From contig OX597826.1 in assembly GCA_951406725.2 (NCBI GenBank), forward strand, positions 9,300,001 to 9,364,000: 64,000 nt of DNA. The letters are read 5' to 3'. This DNA is from Octopus vulgaris (taxonomy: Eukaryota). Below are positions 37,403 to 50,193 of the stretch, in pieces. A program made the translations under genes and the position numbers. The notes under the pieces were generated by a model, which worked only from the letters and a program-made list of their open reading frames with translations, was not told the origin of the DNA and made no database searches. How positions within the stretch are numbered: position 1 is the first letter of the stretch; each line of letters opens with the position of its first letter.

Positions 37403-40400
37403 TGTGTGTGTGTGTGTTTGTGTTGGTGTGTTATCATTTTAATGCCTACTTTCATGTGCTTGCCTGTGTCAAACAAAATTTGTTGTGGTAGATTTTCCAC
37501 TGCCGGATGCTTTTCCTGCCACCAACCCTCACCTTTTTTCAAACAAGGTAGTATTTCCCCATGGCCAAACATGTCTTTCACAGAGGACTGAAAACAAAGC
37601 AACACTGCTTGTATGAGGGTGCTGCTCACTTACAACCATCACTTGATGTCAAGATAAGGGCATACCACACACAAAGACAAGGGCACACACACACACACAC
37701 ACACATATATACATACATGACTGGTGTCTTTCAATTTCTGTCTACCAAATTTGCTCACAAAGCTTGGGTTGGTGCCTGGAGCTATAGTAGATGTTTGCCC
37801 AAGGTGTCACACACAAAATCACATGGTTAAGATGAAAGCGTCTCAACCACACTGCCATGTCCCCTGCATGTATAAGTTTGTGTGTATTAATGTACATATT
37901 TATGTGTGTATATTATATGTAAATATCATCTGCATATATATATGTGTGTGTGTGTGAAGAGAGACACATACAAACACATACACACACTCATACACATATG
38001 GATACAGTATATCTATATATCTATATCCGTATATCAGCATGAAATTTTAACATTGCTGAGAACACCGATAAACTGTGCTTTGAGATGAAAATCCTTTGTG
38101 GTATTTGTTCCGCCTGACTTACACAAAGAATCGTTTTTACCATTGTAAATGCAATGAAGCGGAGATTGGCCTATTGGAATCCTGTAACCAATGGCACTAC
38201 ATTTTTCATAAAATGCTACATTAAAGAAGTAAATAAGTTAAACATTTTTACTATTTTAATATTACATACATTTCTATTTTCATATTTATACACAGGTTAA
38301 AGCGGAGAACTGGCAGAATCGTTAGCATGCTTGGCATAATGCTTAGCAGTATTTTGTCTTGTCTTTATGTTCTGAGTTCAAATTCCACTGAGGTTGACTT
38401 TGCCTTTCATCCTTTTGGAGTTGATAGAATAAGAACCAGTTGAGCACTGGGGTTGATCTAATGAACTTACTCCCTCCCCCGAAAATTGCTGGCATTGTGC
38501 CAAAATTTCAAACCAATATTTATATATAAGTGCGGACATAGCTGTGTGTATGTGTGTGTGTGCATGTGGTTAAGAGGGTCAGTTTGGTTTCAGGTTCAGT
38601 CCCATGGTTTCGGTTCAGTTCTGCTGCATAGTAACTTGGACAAGTGTCTTCAATTATCCCTGGGTCAACCAATGCCTTGAAAATGAATGGAAATTTGTCA
38701 GAGATATGTGTGTGTTTGTTTGCCCCCTACTGTTTGACGACTGGTGTTTAAATCATCGAATTTATTGGTTCAGTGAAAGAGACTGATAAAATAAGTATCA
38801 GGCTTTAAAAAAAACATAAGTACTAGGGGCAGTTTGACTAAACCCTTCAAGATGTTGTCCCAGTATGGCCACAATCCAATGACTTAAACAAGTAAAAGAT
38901 AAAAGATATATAATTTTGATGTAGTTGTAGTTGTTCATGAGAACGTTAGACTTGATGGAGGCAGACCCATGATCAAACATGTTCCAACCATGACCGTCCC
39001 ATCCTTTTGTATATCTAGGAGTACATTGTTGAATGTGTCTATCATATTTTTTCTTCTCTAAATTGTAGGATGTGCTTGAGGGAAATCTATTTGCCATTTC
39101 TAGCAGGTTGAGTGATTACATAGAGGTTCTGTCATTTTCCATATTATTGTAAGTTGGTTAATTTTTCATTTTTATCACTGAAGTAGGAGTGGTTGAAAGA
39201 GTGGATTCTGTTCAGTGAACCATATCCACCTACCTATTCCACAGCTAAGTAAACCATGGCATGAAAAATGAAGTTTGATATCTTATTTACTTTGCTGTTT
39301 GGTAAATCAATAGATCATAAGAGGCAGTTGGTGCTAGTAAGAACACCCTACTATTTACCCATATCATATTGTACCCATACGACTGTTCAAGTGTATAAAC
39401 TTTTCTTACCTAATCAGCAATAAAGTATAAACCACAAAGGAGCCATTATGTGGTCCCATGACCTGCTAGAAATAGAAGCCAAATTTCCCTCATGTATTGT
39501 CTTCAAAAGTAGGACACTTTGAATATTGTAGTCATAGATGCACTATGTCTGACCAAGAATAATATATGAGATGGTCATAGATGGAAAGAGGGTAAACAAC
39601 AACATCACAAAGGAATATGAAAATAAGTGTGAAGTAAAATTACTGAAAAAGGAAAAAAAATTCAATATCTAAAAATGGTTTTAAATTCTTATTATCATTA
39701 TATTCAATGTAAGCCTCTATAACAGGTCTGCAGTTTGTTTCCTTTTGCAGAATATGGTTTATCAATAAAAACATTCACTAGAAAGCTTATTATTTAAACA
39801 AGGATAGATAAACAAACAAACAAACATAACAGTTTTTCAACCATTGGAGAATGTTCTGCTAGTCTGTAAGAAACCTCAATGACCTTTGGTCAGTATAACT
39901 TACACCCAGGAGAAGCAGTTTGATTGATGGCTTCCTACTGATACCACTTAAAACATTTACCAATAACTACTGTAATACAAAGCCCTAAAACTAAAGTCCT
40001 AGGGATTTGATTAATTCTTGTGATACCTTAGTTAGGAATGATACACATGAGATTAATATCTATAATTGTGATAAAAGATTAGCATCAAACATCAAAAAGT
40101 TGCTAATATATGATATCGGAGAAGCGATATGATCTATTTTTCACTTTCATATTTGCTTGTGCACTTGAGATTTAAGTATCAGCCAATGTCTAAACTATTA
40201 CTAAAACACATACTACAACTATCAACTTACAACTTTTCTGTTGTGGGTTGGAAAAGATGTAGGAAGAAGAAGAAGTGGTGTGTATGCATGAATGCAACTG
40301 CTGCTTGAAAATTGAATTTAGTTTCTGCAGGGCATTTACAATACACAATGTACATAATTTAAAAATTTAAATTACTCTCCCAGTTGTGTAGATTCTCTGT

Positions 40401-40678
40401 TGCTAAGTGGATCAGAGTAGTGTTGATATTGAGAGGATGTTGAATTTGCCAGTTGGTGAAGCATTAGATTCCGATAGCAAAGGAAACAAGTTTAATTAGA
40501 TTCTTTCTACCTAGAATTTAATCTTATTTTACTTTCTAATTTATAGAGCCAATTCCATAAAAGGTATTCAGATTTAGGCTTCAGCTTCTCTTGTAATTAA
40601 AGCAGGTTTCCTTCACATCATTCAAAAGAGATATATTGAAGACATTGAAGCATATTCTCATAGTGTGTATGAATACGC

Positions 40679-40739
<61 letters not shown>

Positions 40740-40784
40740 CACACATAGAGGTACAGGTATAGCTATATATATGTATATATAGGT

Positions 40785-41210
40785 ACAGATGCGGCTATAT
40801 GATTAAGACACTTGTTTCCCAACCACGCAGTTCTGGGTTCAGTCTCACTGCATGGCACATTGGGCAGGTGTCTTCTGCTAAAGACCCAAACTGACTAAAG
40901 TTCTACCTGTGGATTTAGTAGATAGAAACTGAAAGAAGCCTGTCATATATGTACAAGTGTGTGTGTCACTGCCTCTTTGCCTTGACACCACATGATAGTT
41001 GTAAATAAACATCATTATCATGTAAAGAGGTATCCTTTGTTCCCTGTCTTCAATGAAACATGCCTGCTTATGGGGAAATATTACCTTACTTAAAAACAGG
41101 TACAAGTTGGTGACAGGAAGAGCATCTGGTCATAAGCAATACACCTCAACAAAAATTCCATGCAAGTATGGAAAAGTGGACATTAAAACGATGATGATGA
41201 TGATGATTGT
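40785..41210 (+). mobile_element. SINE with family B head and RTE-type (GAT)n tail
   Basis: B head followed by CCTTGAC..GATAGTTGTAAA...GACAGGAAG..GCATC...GGAAAAGTGGACATTAAAAC(GAT)n; also 37410-37865(-), 50735-51150(+), 23760-24900(+). Confidence 0.75.
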
Positions 41211-41791
41211 GTGTGTGTGGACATACACACACTTTTATTTTTTTGTTTGAGTCATTGGCCTGCAACCATGCTGGGGCACTGCTTTGAATAGTTTTAGTTG
41301 ATTTCCTATTGGCCCTAGTACTTATTTTCAAGTCTTGTTCTTATTTTATCGATAACTATTTGTCAAACTGCTAGGTCACAGAACATAAACCAAAGAGCAC
41401 CTCTTTTTAAACAGTATCAACATAAAGACAGAACACATAGAAACACACACACATATTCACACTCAGGATTTCTACACTGTGAAACAATTTCAGATTGCCA
41501 TGTCTTCAATGCGGGTATGACTGAATGGTTAAGAAATTTGCTTCAGAACCACAAAGTCCTGGGTTCAACTTCACTGTGCAGCATTGTGGGCAAATGTCTC
41601 TCAAAGTAGCCTTGTGTCAGCAAGTATGCAAAACCATGTAGTAACCTATTTGAATGGACTGTACCTGCTTCCAAATGTTCAGCCTTGTGACATGTGGTTA
41701 TATAGAGATAGATATAGATATAAATATGTATGTATCTGTGTGTGTTTCTGCATTTTCTATTTATAATATTTCTCCCTGATCCATTGATCTC

Positions 41792-41834
41792 AATCATCCG
41801 AAGATCATAAACGAGAAATTCGGGAGTAACGATT
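41792..41834 (+). ncRNA. Minimal hammerhead ribozyme, U4C variant, CpG-decayed stems
   Basis: aatcat-CCGAAGA-tca taaa cga-GAAA-ttc gg gag-TA-acgatt; both stem mismatches are cg-to-ca changes; AATAAA about 20 nt downstream. Confidence 0.6.
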
Positions 41835-42329
41835 TGTGAAGTTTCCAGATTCCAATAAATACAGTAAATAAACTCCACCTTCAGCATTCAATAGACTCTT
41901 TTCTCCTTCTTCTTCTTCTTCACACTCTAGTGTTCATATATGCAGACGCACAAGGATATTACGTATAAAATTCGTTAGAAAATTATGGTTTTCTTATTTT
42001 ATTGCTACTTTTCTATTCTGAGAAAAGAGGAATTAGAATGACTATAACCAAGATGAGAGGAGCGTACCGAGATGTGGAGAGTTTACATAGATAAACAAAC
42101 TAAAAGACACCGACCTTTGACACCTCCAATATTGCAATGGAAGTTTGCCAATAAAAGAACAAAATTGAAAGATGCCGTTACACTGATCAGTTTCACTTTC
42201 AATCCTTCGCAAAGCAATGATGGGAAAATCCCGACTGCTAAATTTAATCATAATCTTCATTATGATAGGGCGGTGTGGTTTGCCTTGGTTTTGTTTCCAG
42301 TGAAATCTTTCTCATACAGCAAAGCATTA

Positions 42330-42890
42330 ATATTACCACCACCACCACCATCACCACCACCACTATTACCATCATTGTTGCTATCATCATTATCATCACT
42401 GCCTTTGTTATCATCAATATATCTGTTATTGTCGCCACCACCATTATCATCATCATCATTCCCACCGCCACTACCAAATTATTCCCTCTGTCGTCATCAA
42501 TATAACTTTCATCATTGTCACCATCATCACCATCATCATCACCATCATCATTGCCACCATCGCTACCATTGCCAATAGTATTACCACCAGCACCATCATC
42601 ATCATCGTCATCATTGCTACCATCATAACATCACTAACTTTGTCATCAATATAACCTTTGTCAGTGTCATCATTTTCATCATCATCACCATTACCATCAT
42701 CATTGTCTCCAGCAGCAGCACCACCACCACCATCATCAGTGTTACTACCATCATAGTCAACATCACCACCTTTGCCATCATCAATTATAACCTGTGTCAG
42801 TGTCACAACCGCCATCATCATCAACATCACCCACCCCATCATCATTGCAACCATCACTAACACCACCACCACCACAACTATCATCATCAC
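42330..42890. repeat. Degenerate (CAT/CAC)n trinucleotide low-complexity tract
   Basis: Seen directly; generates the His/Pro/Met/Asp-rich pseudo-ORFs. Confidence 0.9.
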
Positions 42891-43480
42891 CTCTTTTGAT
42901 TAGTCTTAAGTGAAATTTGCTATGAGCAGTAGCTAGTACACCCCCCCCCCCACCTTTCCTTTTTACTCAATCAGTCCCCCTCATCTGGTAACCAACGACC
43001 TGCTATTGCCTCTCTTTGATTCTGTCCAAAGGCCAACCAAGTTAATTGTTGTTTTGCATCTCTTGTGTAAATGCCACAAGTGCTGACTACATCCACATTG
43101 TCTGTTTAATGGAATATTTATAAGAAAATGTCTATGCCTAATTCAAAGAGTGTATGTTGGATATACTCAGTCTGATTGATTCGATGAGAGCATCTACATG
43201 ACCATTCCTCTTAAAAGAAATGGTAGCTAAGTCTCCTTAAATTATGCATGATTTGTGTAAAGAGAAACAAAATGGGGAAATGGCATCTTAGATTATTTAG
43301 TTCTTGATATAGAAATATAGGTGCAGGCATGGCTGTGTGGTAAGAAGCTTGGTTCCAGATTCAGTCCCACTGTGTGACACATTCGCTAGATGTCTTCTAC
43401 TATAGCCCTGGACCAACAGAAGCCTTGTGAATTGATTTGGTAAACAGAAATATGAAAGAAGCGTGTTATGTATACATTCA

Positions 43481-43647
43481 TACATATGGATCAAAACAGT
43501 CTGATTCAAATCTGTTGGTACTCTTGAGTTTGAAGCATGATGCTAGTTGTCAGCCATTTTTAATTTGAATAGCTGATGACTAGCATCACACTTGAAACTC
43601 ATGAGCACCAATGAATTTAAATCAAACTGTTTTGATCCATACATGTA
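43481..43647. repeat. Diverged fold-back (~78-bp arms) with a hammerhead-like motif in each arm, inside a family B SINE
   Basis: Right arm ag-CTGATGA-ctagcatcacactt-GAAA-ctcatgag-CA-cc; left arm (rc) gg-CTGACAA-ctagcatcatgctt-CAAA-ctcaagag-TA-cc; the two-arm consensus restores a complete core. Confidence 0.7.
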
Positions 43648-45089
43648 ACTCCCAATAAATTTGTTGAGTGCCCTTCTTTTGTTTGTCCACTCACTAATAT
43701 ATATATATATATATATGTGTGTCTGTGTTTGTCTCCCACCACTGCTCGCCTACTAGTGCTGGTGTGTTTACATCCCCATAACTTAGCAGTTCAGCAACAG
43801 GGACTGATAGAATAAATACTAGGTTTCAAAAAATAAGTCCTGGAGTCAATTTATTTGACTAAAATGCTTCAAGGTGGTGCCCCAGCATAGCCACAGTCAA
43901 ATGACTGAAACAAACAAAAGATAAAAGAGATTTGTTAGAAAAAACTGGATTTTCACAGTTCGCATGTCTTCAGTTGGAGGTCACAACTATTAGAGATGAT
44001 CAGCTTGAATGAGACACCAGCCTGTCATGTTGACTTCATTTAGTACCTTAGTAAACAGTCACAAAACAGCCTCGCTGGTATTTGACAAACACATAGTCAT
44101 TTAATGACTTACGAGGTAAACCCTATGTGGTCGTTCTTTATGTTAGAAATAGCAGCCAGATCTCCTTTAAACAAAACTCCTTCCTGAATGAGACACCAGC
44201 CTGTTACAGTGTTAACCCACAACTGTTACTGATACTCTTCAGCTGAGTGGACTGGAACAACTTGAATTGAAATACCTTTCTTAAGGACAAACTGTGCTCT
44301 TCAGTATGAGAAGTGAACTCATGGCCTTAAGGTCATGAGCCAAGCAACTTAACCACTGGGTCAGATATATAGGATAAATTTATCTAATGTATTCATTCGT
44401 TTTCTAAGGCAGTAGGCTGTACTTTGAGGAAGAATTAGTGGCTATCTGTTGCAGATCGAGTGAGCAAATGGAGATTGTTTGGTGTGTTGATGCTCACAGG
44501 TTAGCAGCACTCGTCCTATTAGCAACAAAGAGTCACATTCATACCCTGCGTATTTGATTTTCAACAACCACATTCAACTAAAACTAGGTAGGAACCATAT
44601 AGTCTTATATTTGTTTCAGTCATTTCACTGCAGCCATGCTGGAGCACAGCGTTTTTTGTTTTTTTTTTAGTTGAAGAAATCAACCTCTGGACTTATTCTC
44701 TGTAAGCCTAGTACTTAGTCTAAGAGTCTCTTTTGCTGAACTGCTAAGACATAAACACACCAACATCAGTTGTCAAGCAATGGTGGGAGGATAAACATAG
44801 ACACAAAGACACACATAAATACATACATATATATATATAAATATACGACAGGCTTCTTTCAGTTTCTGCCTACCAAATCCACTCACAAGGCTTTGGTTAG
44901 ACTGAAGCTATAGTAGAATACACTTGCACAAGGTACCATGCAGTGGAACTGAACTTGGAATCATGCTTGGAAAGCAAGCTTCTTACCACACAGCCATGCC
45001 TGCACCTACATAGTGGTTTATTTCCCTGTTGCATACAGGAACAGCATTATAAAACTGATAAGGGGTGACTTACGACACTCAGTTTAATT

Positions 45090-45327
45090 CAGTGGTTTCC
45101 AAAGAGAGGTGGGGGCATTGAAAAAGTGGGACGTTAATGGGGTGACCAAAAGTGGGTGATGGATGTAAAAACAACAAAATAAGGGATTAATTAGGTTAAG
45201 TTTTATTTGTGAAATATAGCTGCTTTGAATTTGAAAATGAAAGTGGTCTACGTTTGTGGTGGGGGAGAGGGCTGCTGTGGCCCGGGTGCCAAGTGGGTGG
45301 CAGCCTGAAAATGCTTGGGAACCACTG
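45090..45327. mobile_element. hAT-like MITE (238 bp)
   Basis: CAGTGGTTTCCAA / TTGGGAACCACTG TIRs; 8-bp TSD GTTTAATT/GTTTAACT. Confidence 0.8.
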
Positions 45328-46239
45328 GTTTAACTCTGATTGTGAAAAAAACAAAACAAACCTCTTGTTTAGGAAAAGGTTGTTTAGTATTAAACTATTT
45401 CACACCTAGTGAAGTTATAGAAATCAATTATACAGACAGATTAGCACGCCGGGTGAAATGCATAGCGGTATTTCATCTGTCGTCACGCTCTGAGTTCAAA
45501 TTCTGCCGAGGTCGACTTTGCCTTTCATCCTCTCAGGGTCGATAAATAAAGTACCAGTTTCGCACTGGGGTCGATGTAATCAAATTAATCCCTTTGTCTG
45601 TCCTTGTTTGTCCCCTCTATGTTTAGCCCCTTGTGGGCAATAAAGAAATATATATAACAAGGTCAGTTGTACATCTAGAAAGTGGAAATTTTTAGAGGAA
45701 TCAGAATGAAGCTTTTTAGAATAGTAGAATGGCACAGACACATTTATTGTGTCTTTTACAATTGGCGTTTGATTTCATATTCCTTTGTGTATTTTACCAC
45801 ACCATTAAAGTGTCAGGGTGGAAAACTTGGCAGCATCATGAGAGCATCAGACAATGCAGCATAGCATTTATTCTGGTTCCTAGAGTTCTGTGATAAAAAA
45901 CAAACAAAAAAAAAAAATGCACCAAGGTCGACTTTGCCTTTCATCTATTTTGGGGTCAATAAAATACTGGTCGATACTGGCACTACCCTTTCTCCTAACT
46001 TAGTGATAAAGAACAAAAGTCTACCGATATAGATTGAAAACAATCTTCAAAGATGTCTTCATTCAGTGTGAGAACATAGCCTGATGGTTTTAGTGTGTTT
46101 AACTATAATTATAACATCGTTTAGCAGCTTTTAATTGTTGATCAGAAAAATTACTGCCAACTATTTGTCACACACACACACACACCTAAAAGTACAATCA
46201 TGTCCTCTTGAGGCAGCAAAGGAGTATTTATATTATCAA

Positions 46240-46465
46240 TCACTCTGCTAGAAATAGCAGCCAAATCTCCTGCAAATCCTATTCTATCAGGTTAAAATTT
46301 AGGTAGTATAGTCCTTGGTTCCCTTCACACTGGAGAAAAAAAATGGGATGGCTATGGTTGAAATGCCTTTGATCATAGGTCTGCTAAAAAAAATGGGATG
46401 GCTATGGTTGGGATGCTTTTGATCACAGGTCTACTTGATCAGGTTTAACCTGGAGCTGAACAACA
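46240..46465 (+). mobile_element. Abundant old repeat family F ((CAA)n-tailed, retroposon-like), with an internal ~50-bp tandem duplication
   Basis: GCTAGAAATAGCAGCCAAATCTCC...CCTTTGATCATAGGTCTGCT...AAACAAC; degenerate copies near 1060, 1960, 5720, 34010, 38930, 39430, 47130, 56400-57210, 57910, 60730. Confidence 0.65.
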
Positions 46466-47485
46466 TCATCATATCCTCAAAGCGTGCATCACACCACACC
46501 CACACATGTAGGTGTGTGAGAGCTTTATTCATCTGAACACATATGTACACTCACAAACACATTATTCCCCAAGCAAACACACTTCTCCTTTCTTTTTCTC
46601 TCTACTTATGCCACTCTCTCTCCCCTCTCTCTCTCCCTTTTTCTTTCTCTCTCTCTCTTGAGAGATCACACTTTAACATGAATAAAGAGTATGTTAAAAA
46701 CAACAAAAAAACTGTATTTAACATTCAAATTAGTCATCATTTACATTTCTTTTGGCAAATATTGAATAAAGATGAAGTCAGCTGTATCTTTCCTAGGTTG
46801 TTTCGTAACTATGACTGTCTTAGAAACCTCATTGTCATAGTAACAAGCTCTTTTATTGTGTGTCTTCATTGTCTTATTCCATTGTTTAACCCTTTTGATA
46901 CCAACCCAATTGAGTGTCAATTAGTCTACCAATATGAATTGAAAACTATCTTCAAAGCTGTCTTCTGTTTGGTTTGAGAATGTAGCATGATAATTCTCTG
47001 ATGTAAAACAGCCTTTTTTGAAAGCGCCCACATATAAATAAAAGCAGAAACCTCCCCTCTTTGTTTTATGTAAGAACTTTAATGTTATGCTCCAAAAACC
47101 AGCTTAATTTATTAATTAATTAGTTAATTACAGAGCCTCTACATAGTCTCATTTGATCTGTTAGGAAAATTTATACACTTTCATCTTAAAAATGAGGGAC
47201 ACTCTAGCCAATGTAGTCCCTTTTATAGGATGGTCATGTCTGGAATACATTTGATCTTTGGTCTTGTCTGACCTCTGGTTGAACAACAGCAGCATCTAAT
47301 TTGGTACTTTGCTAGCCTCTCCAAATTCTAAGTTATCTTCAAGACTGGTTGATACCTGTGGAATATCCATGAGCAATAAATGTTTAGTTTAATAGTTAAT
47401 TACTTGCAGCAAACTGTTTTTAAAAGGGATTACATCAATATAAGTACAAGTTCTTTTATCATATAATGAATAATATACATACAAT

Positions 47486-47518
<33 letters not shown>

Positions 47519-47721
47519 TATGAGAGGTTTTGGTATCCAGAAAACCTAAAATGGCAGGAAAGGCCATGTAAGTACTACGGATAGACCGTAGTTAGACGCC
47601 TAGTTTAATAATAGTATGAGTGAGGAGTCTGATGCAGGTCATGTGTGGGTGTGTATATGTTAAATAAAATGAGACAACAAAGCCAAGGCAGTGTGAAATT
47701 TATAGGACATTTCTAAAGGTA

Positions 47722-47769
47722 GTCTTACAGCTGTTTCAGTGATATGAGGGATATCGCTTCATCAGAGAC
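47722..47769 (-). ncRNA. Minimal type-I hammerhead ribozyme with complete catalytic core
   Basis: gtct-CTGATGA-agcgatat ccctc atatcact-GAAA-cagctg-TA-agac; palindromic stem III; GUA cleavage triplet. Confidence 0.8.
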
Positions 47770-47861
47770 AATATGAGAGAGTTAAATAGAGAGAAATAGC
47801 AGAGTTCTATAACTTCTTATATTGAACTTTACTATTTCGCTCTATTTAACTCTCTCATATA

Positions 47862-47909
47862 GTCTCTGATGAAGGATTAACACTAATATCATTGAAACAG
47901 CTATAAGGC
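47862..47909 (+). ncRNA. Degenerate hammerhead ribozyme (opposite arm)
   Basis: gtct-CTGATGA-aggattaacactaatatcatt-GAAA-cagcta-TA-aggc; stems II and III damaged. Confidence 0.55.
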
Positions 47910-48695
47910 TACCTTTATAAATGTACTAGAAATTTCACACTGCCTTGGCTTTGTTGTCTCATTTTGTTGGGGAAATAAACACAGACACACAAACATATAC
48001 ACACACATACATACATATATATACACATTTATATATGACAAGCTTCTTTCAGTTTCCGCCTACCAAATCCACTCACAAAGCTTTGGTCAGACCGAAGCTA
48101 TAGTAGAAGACACTTGCCCAAGGTGCCACACAGTGGGACTGAACCTGAAACCATGTGGTTCGTTAGCAGGCTACTTACCACACAGCCACTCCTATGCCAT
48201 TACTGAAAACAATATATGTAAAGAATATAATAAAAGTTGACAATTATTTAATACAGTATTACATAAGCATTTTATAATGTTTCTTTCTTTTCTGGAAACT
48301 TGCCATGTACAAGCAGCTGATGGCTCACAGACCAGCACCGGTCTGTAGACCACCACTTTGAGTAGCACCGCTCTTGAGTATTGTGGCAGAGATAATAAGT
48401 GAAAGAAAAGCAGTTCCATGAAGTGAGCTTAACCGACTTGTTACATAACCGACTTGTTAGTTGAAAGAAGAGAGAAGTTTCAAAATTTAAACCTTTCTAT
48501 GAATAACACTGATTGTTGTTGTTGTTGTTGTTGCTGCTTCATCTTCTTAAACCTCACCTCCATTATTATCATCGTCATCATTACCACCATCACAATCAGT
48601 ACGGGTTTCAAATTTTGAACTCAGGATATACAGGTGGTTGAAATTTCAATAAGCATTTTTCCCTGCATGCTAATGATTTTGTCTGTTCTACAGGT

Positions 48696-49012
48696 TCTTC
48701 TTCTTCTTCTTTGCCCTTTTCAAGCCTAGCCAGGCTCATGGGCTTGTTTTCCCTGTTTCTGTGGTGTATGTGTTCCCCCCAGCTGGACGGGACACCAGTC
48801 CATCACAGTGTTACTCAAGAAGCAGGAAGAGAGAGTGAGAGAAAGTTGTGGCGAAAGAGTACAACAGGGGTCACCACCACTCCCTGCTGGGGCCTCGTGG
48901 AGATTTTAGGTGTTTTCACTCAATAAACACACACAATGCCCAGTCTGGGAATCAAAACTCCGATCCGCTGACCGCGTGTCTGCTGCCCTAACCACTGGGC
49001 CATTGCGCCTCC
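48696..49012 (-). mobile_element. SINE with family C head and a third tail type ending (GAA)n
   Basis: Head as at 406; tail CTGTGATGGACTGGTGTCCCGTCCAG...CCCATGAGCC resembles the tail of the E-headed copy at 20280-20365. Confidence 0.8.
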
Positions 49013-50138
49013 ACACTCTACAAGCTCACCACTATCAATATTGGTTTCACATTTTGGCACTAGGCTAGCAATTGTGGGGGTGGGAGAAAGTCAATTACTT
49101 CAACCCCAGTATTCAACTGGTACTTACCTTTTCGACCCTGAAGGATGAAAGGTAACGTTGACCATGGCAGAATTTACCTCAGGACATGAACATGGTTGAA
49201 ATGCCACCGAATATTTTGTCCAGCATGCTAATGGTTCTGCCAGTTCTCCGCCTAACCACCACCACCATCAATATTGGTTTCAAATTTTGGTACAAGGCCA
49301 GAAATTGTGGGGGAGGGTGCAAGTCAATTACAGTAAATCAAATGTTCGCCTGGTTCTTATTTTATCAAACCCAAAAGGATGAAAGGCAAAGTCAACCTTG
49401 ATGGAATTTGAACTCGGGATGTAAAGACAGTCAAAATGTCACTTAGCATTTTTCCCAGAGTGCTAATGGTTCTGCCATCTCACCACCTTTCCACAACCAT
49501 CATTATTAAAACATCATTGTTGTTGACATCATCATTCTCACATTGTATTTTCCATAATTTCATGAATGCCGCAAGTCTTTAGTATCAAAGTTTTTGAGGA
49601 GATATCGTAGAATAGTAACTATAATATATTCGTCAACAATATAAATATGATGTCAAGTTCTATGTTTGAGTGGAAAGATTGCTTATGTTTTCATCTGTAT
49701 TTTCTAATTTCTTAAAAGCTACACCATGTTTACATGTAAATGTACATATGTAGGCAAATCAACATGTAAACATCTATGTAATTATATATGTAAACAAGTA
49801 ATTATATATCTTAGCCTATAAAAACATTCATGTAAACATGTATGTATTATACATGTTAACACATAAACATATAAACATGTATTTTGTAATCAACCCTACA
49901 TCAACCAACCTGTCAGTTTAATTTAAAACACATTTTTTTTTTTTACTTTTCATAAAATATGTCATTTCACGTAGTTCTTCCAAAATATTCTTGTTAACAT
50001 TTTCAATTGAGATGAATTAGAAACCTAAATTCTGTGACTCTTTCTGACCTTCTCAGAAAGAAACCTTCCGTAATACATTGTTTCGTTTTTGTTACTGTAA
50101 TAAGCTAAGGTCATAAAAAGGAGGTTAATTGATGATCT

Positions 50139-50193
<55 letters not shown>

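Larger units (their letters stand above)
47666..47965. repeat. Long fold-back (~145-bp arms), Penelope-like terminal remnant
   Basis: AAAATGAGACAACAAAGCCAAGGCAGTGTGAAATTT... versus ...AAATTTCACACTGCCTTGGCTTTGTTGTCTCATTTT. Confidence 0.85.

Noticed and set aside
42072-42890. Pro/His-rich and Met/Asp-rich ORFs
   Set aside because: Produced by a CAT/CAC low-complexity tract; no recognisable domain or splice context.
44006-44204. 20-bp direct repeat TGAATGAGACACCAGCCTGT as att sites or LTRs
   Set aside because: Second copy is part of a decayed SINE tail; a small local duplication or TSD explains it.
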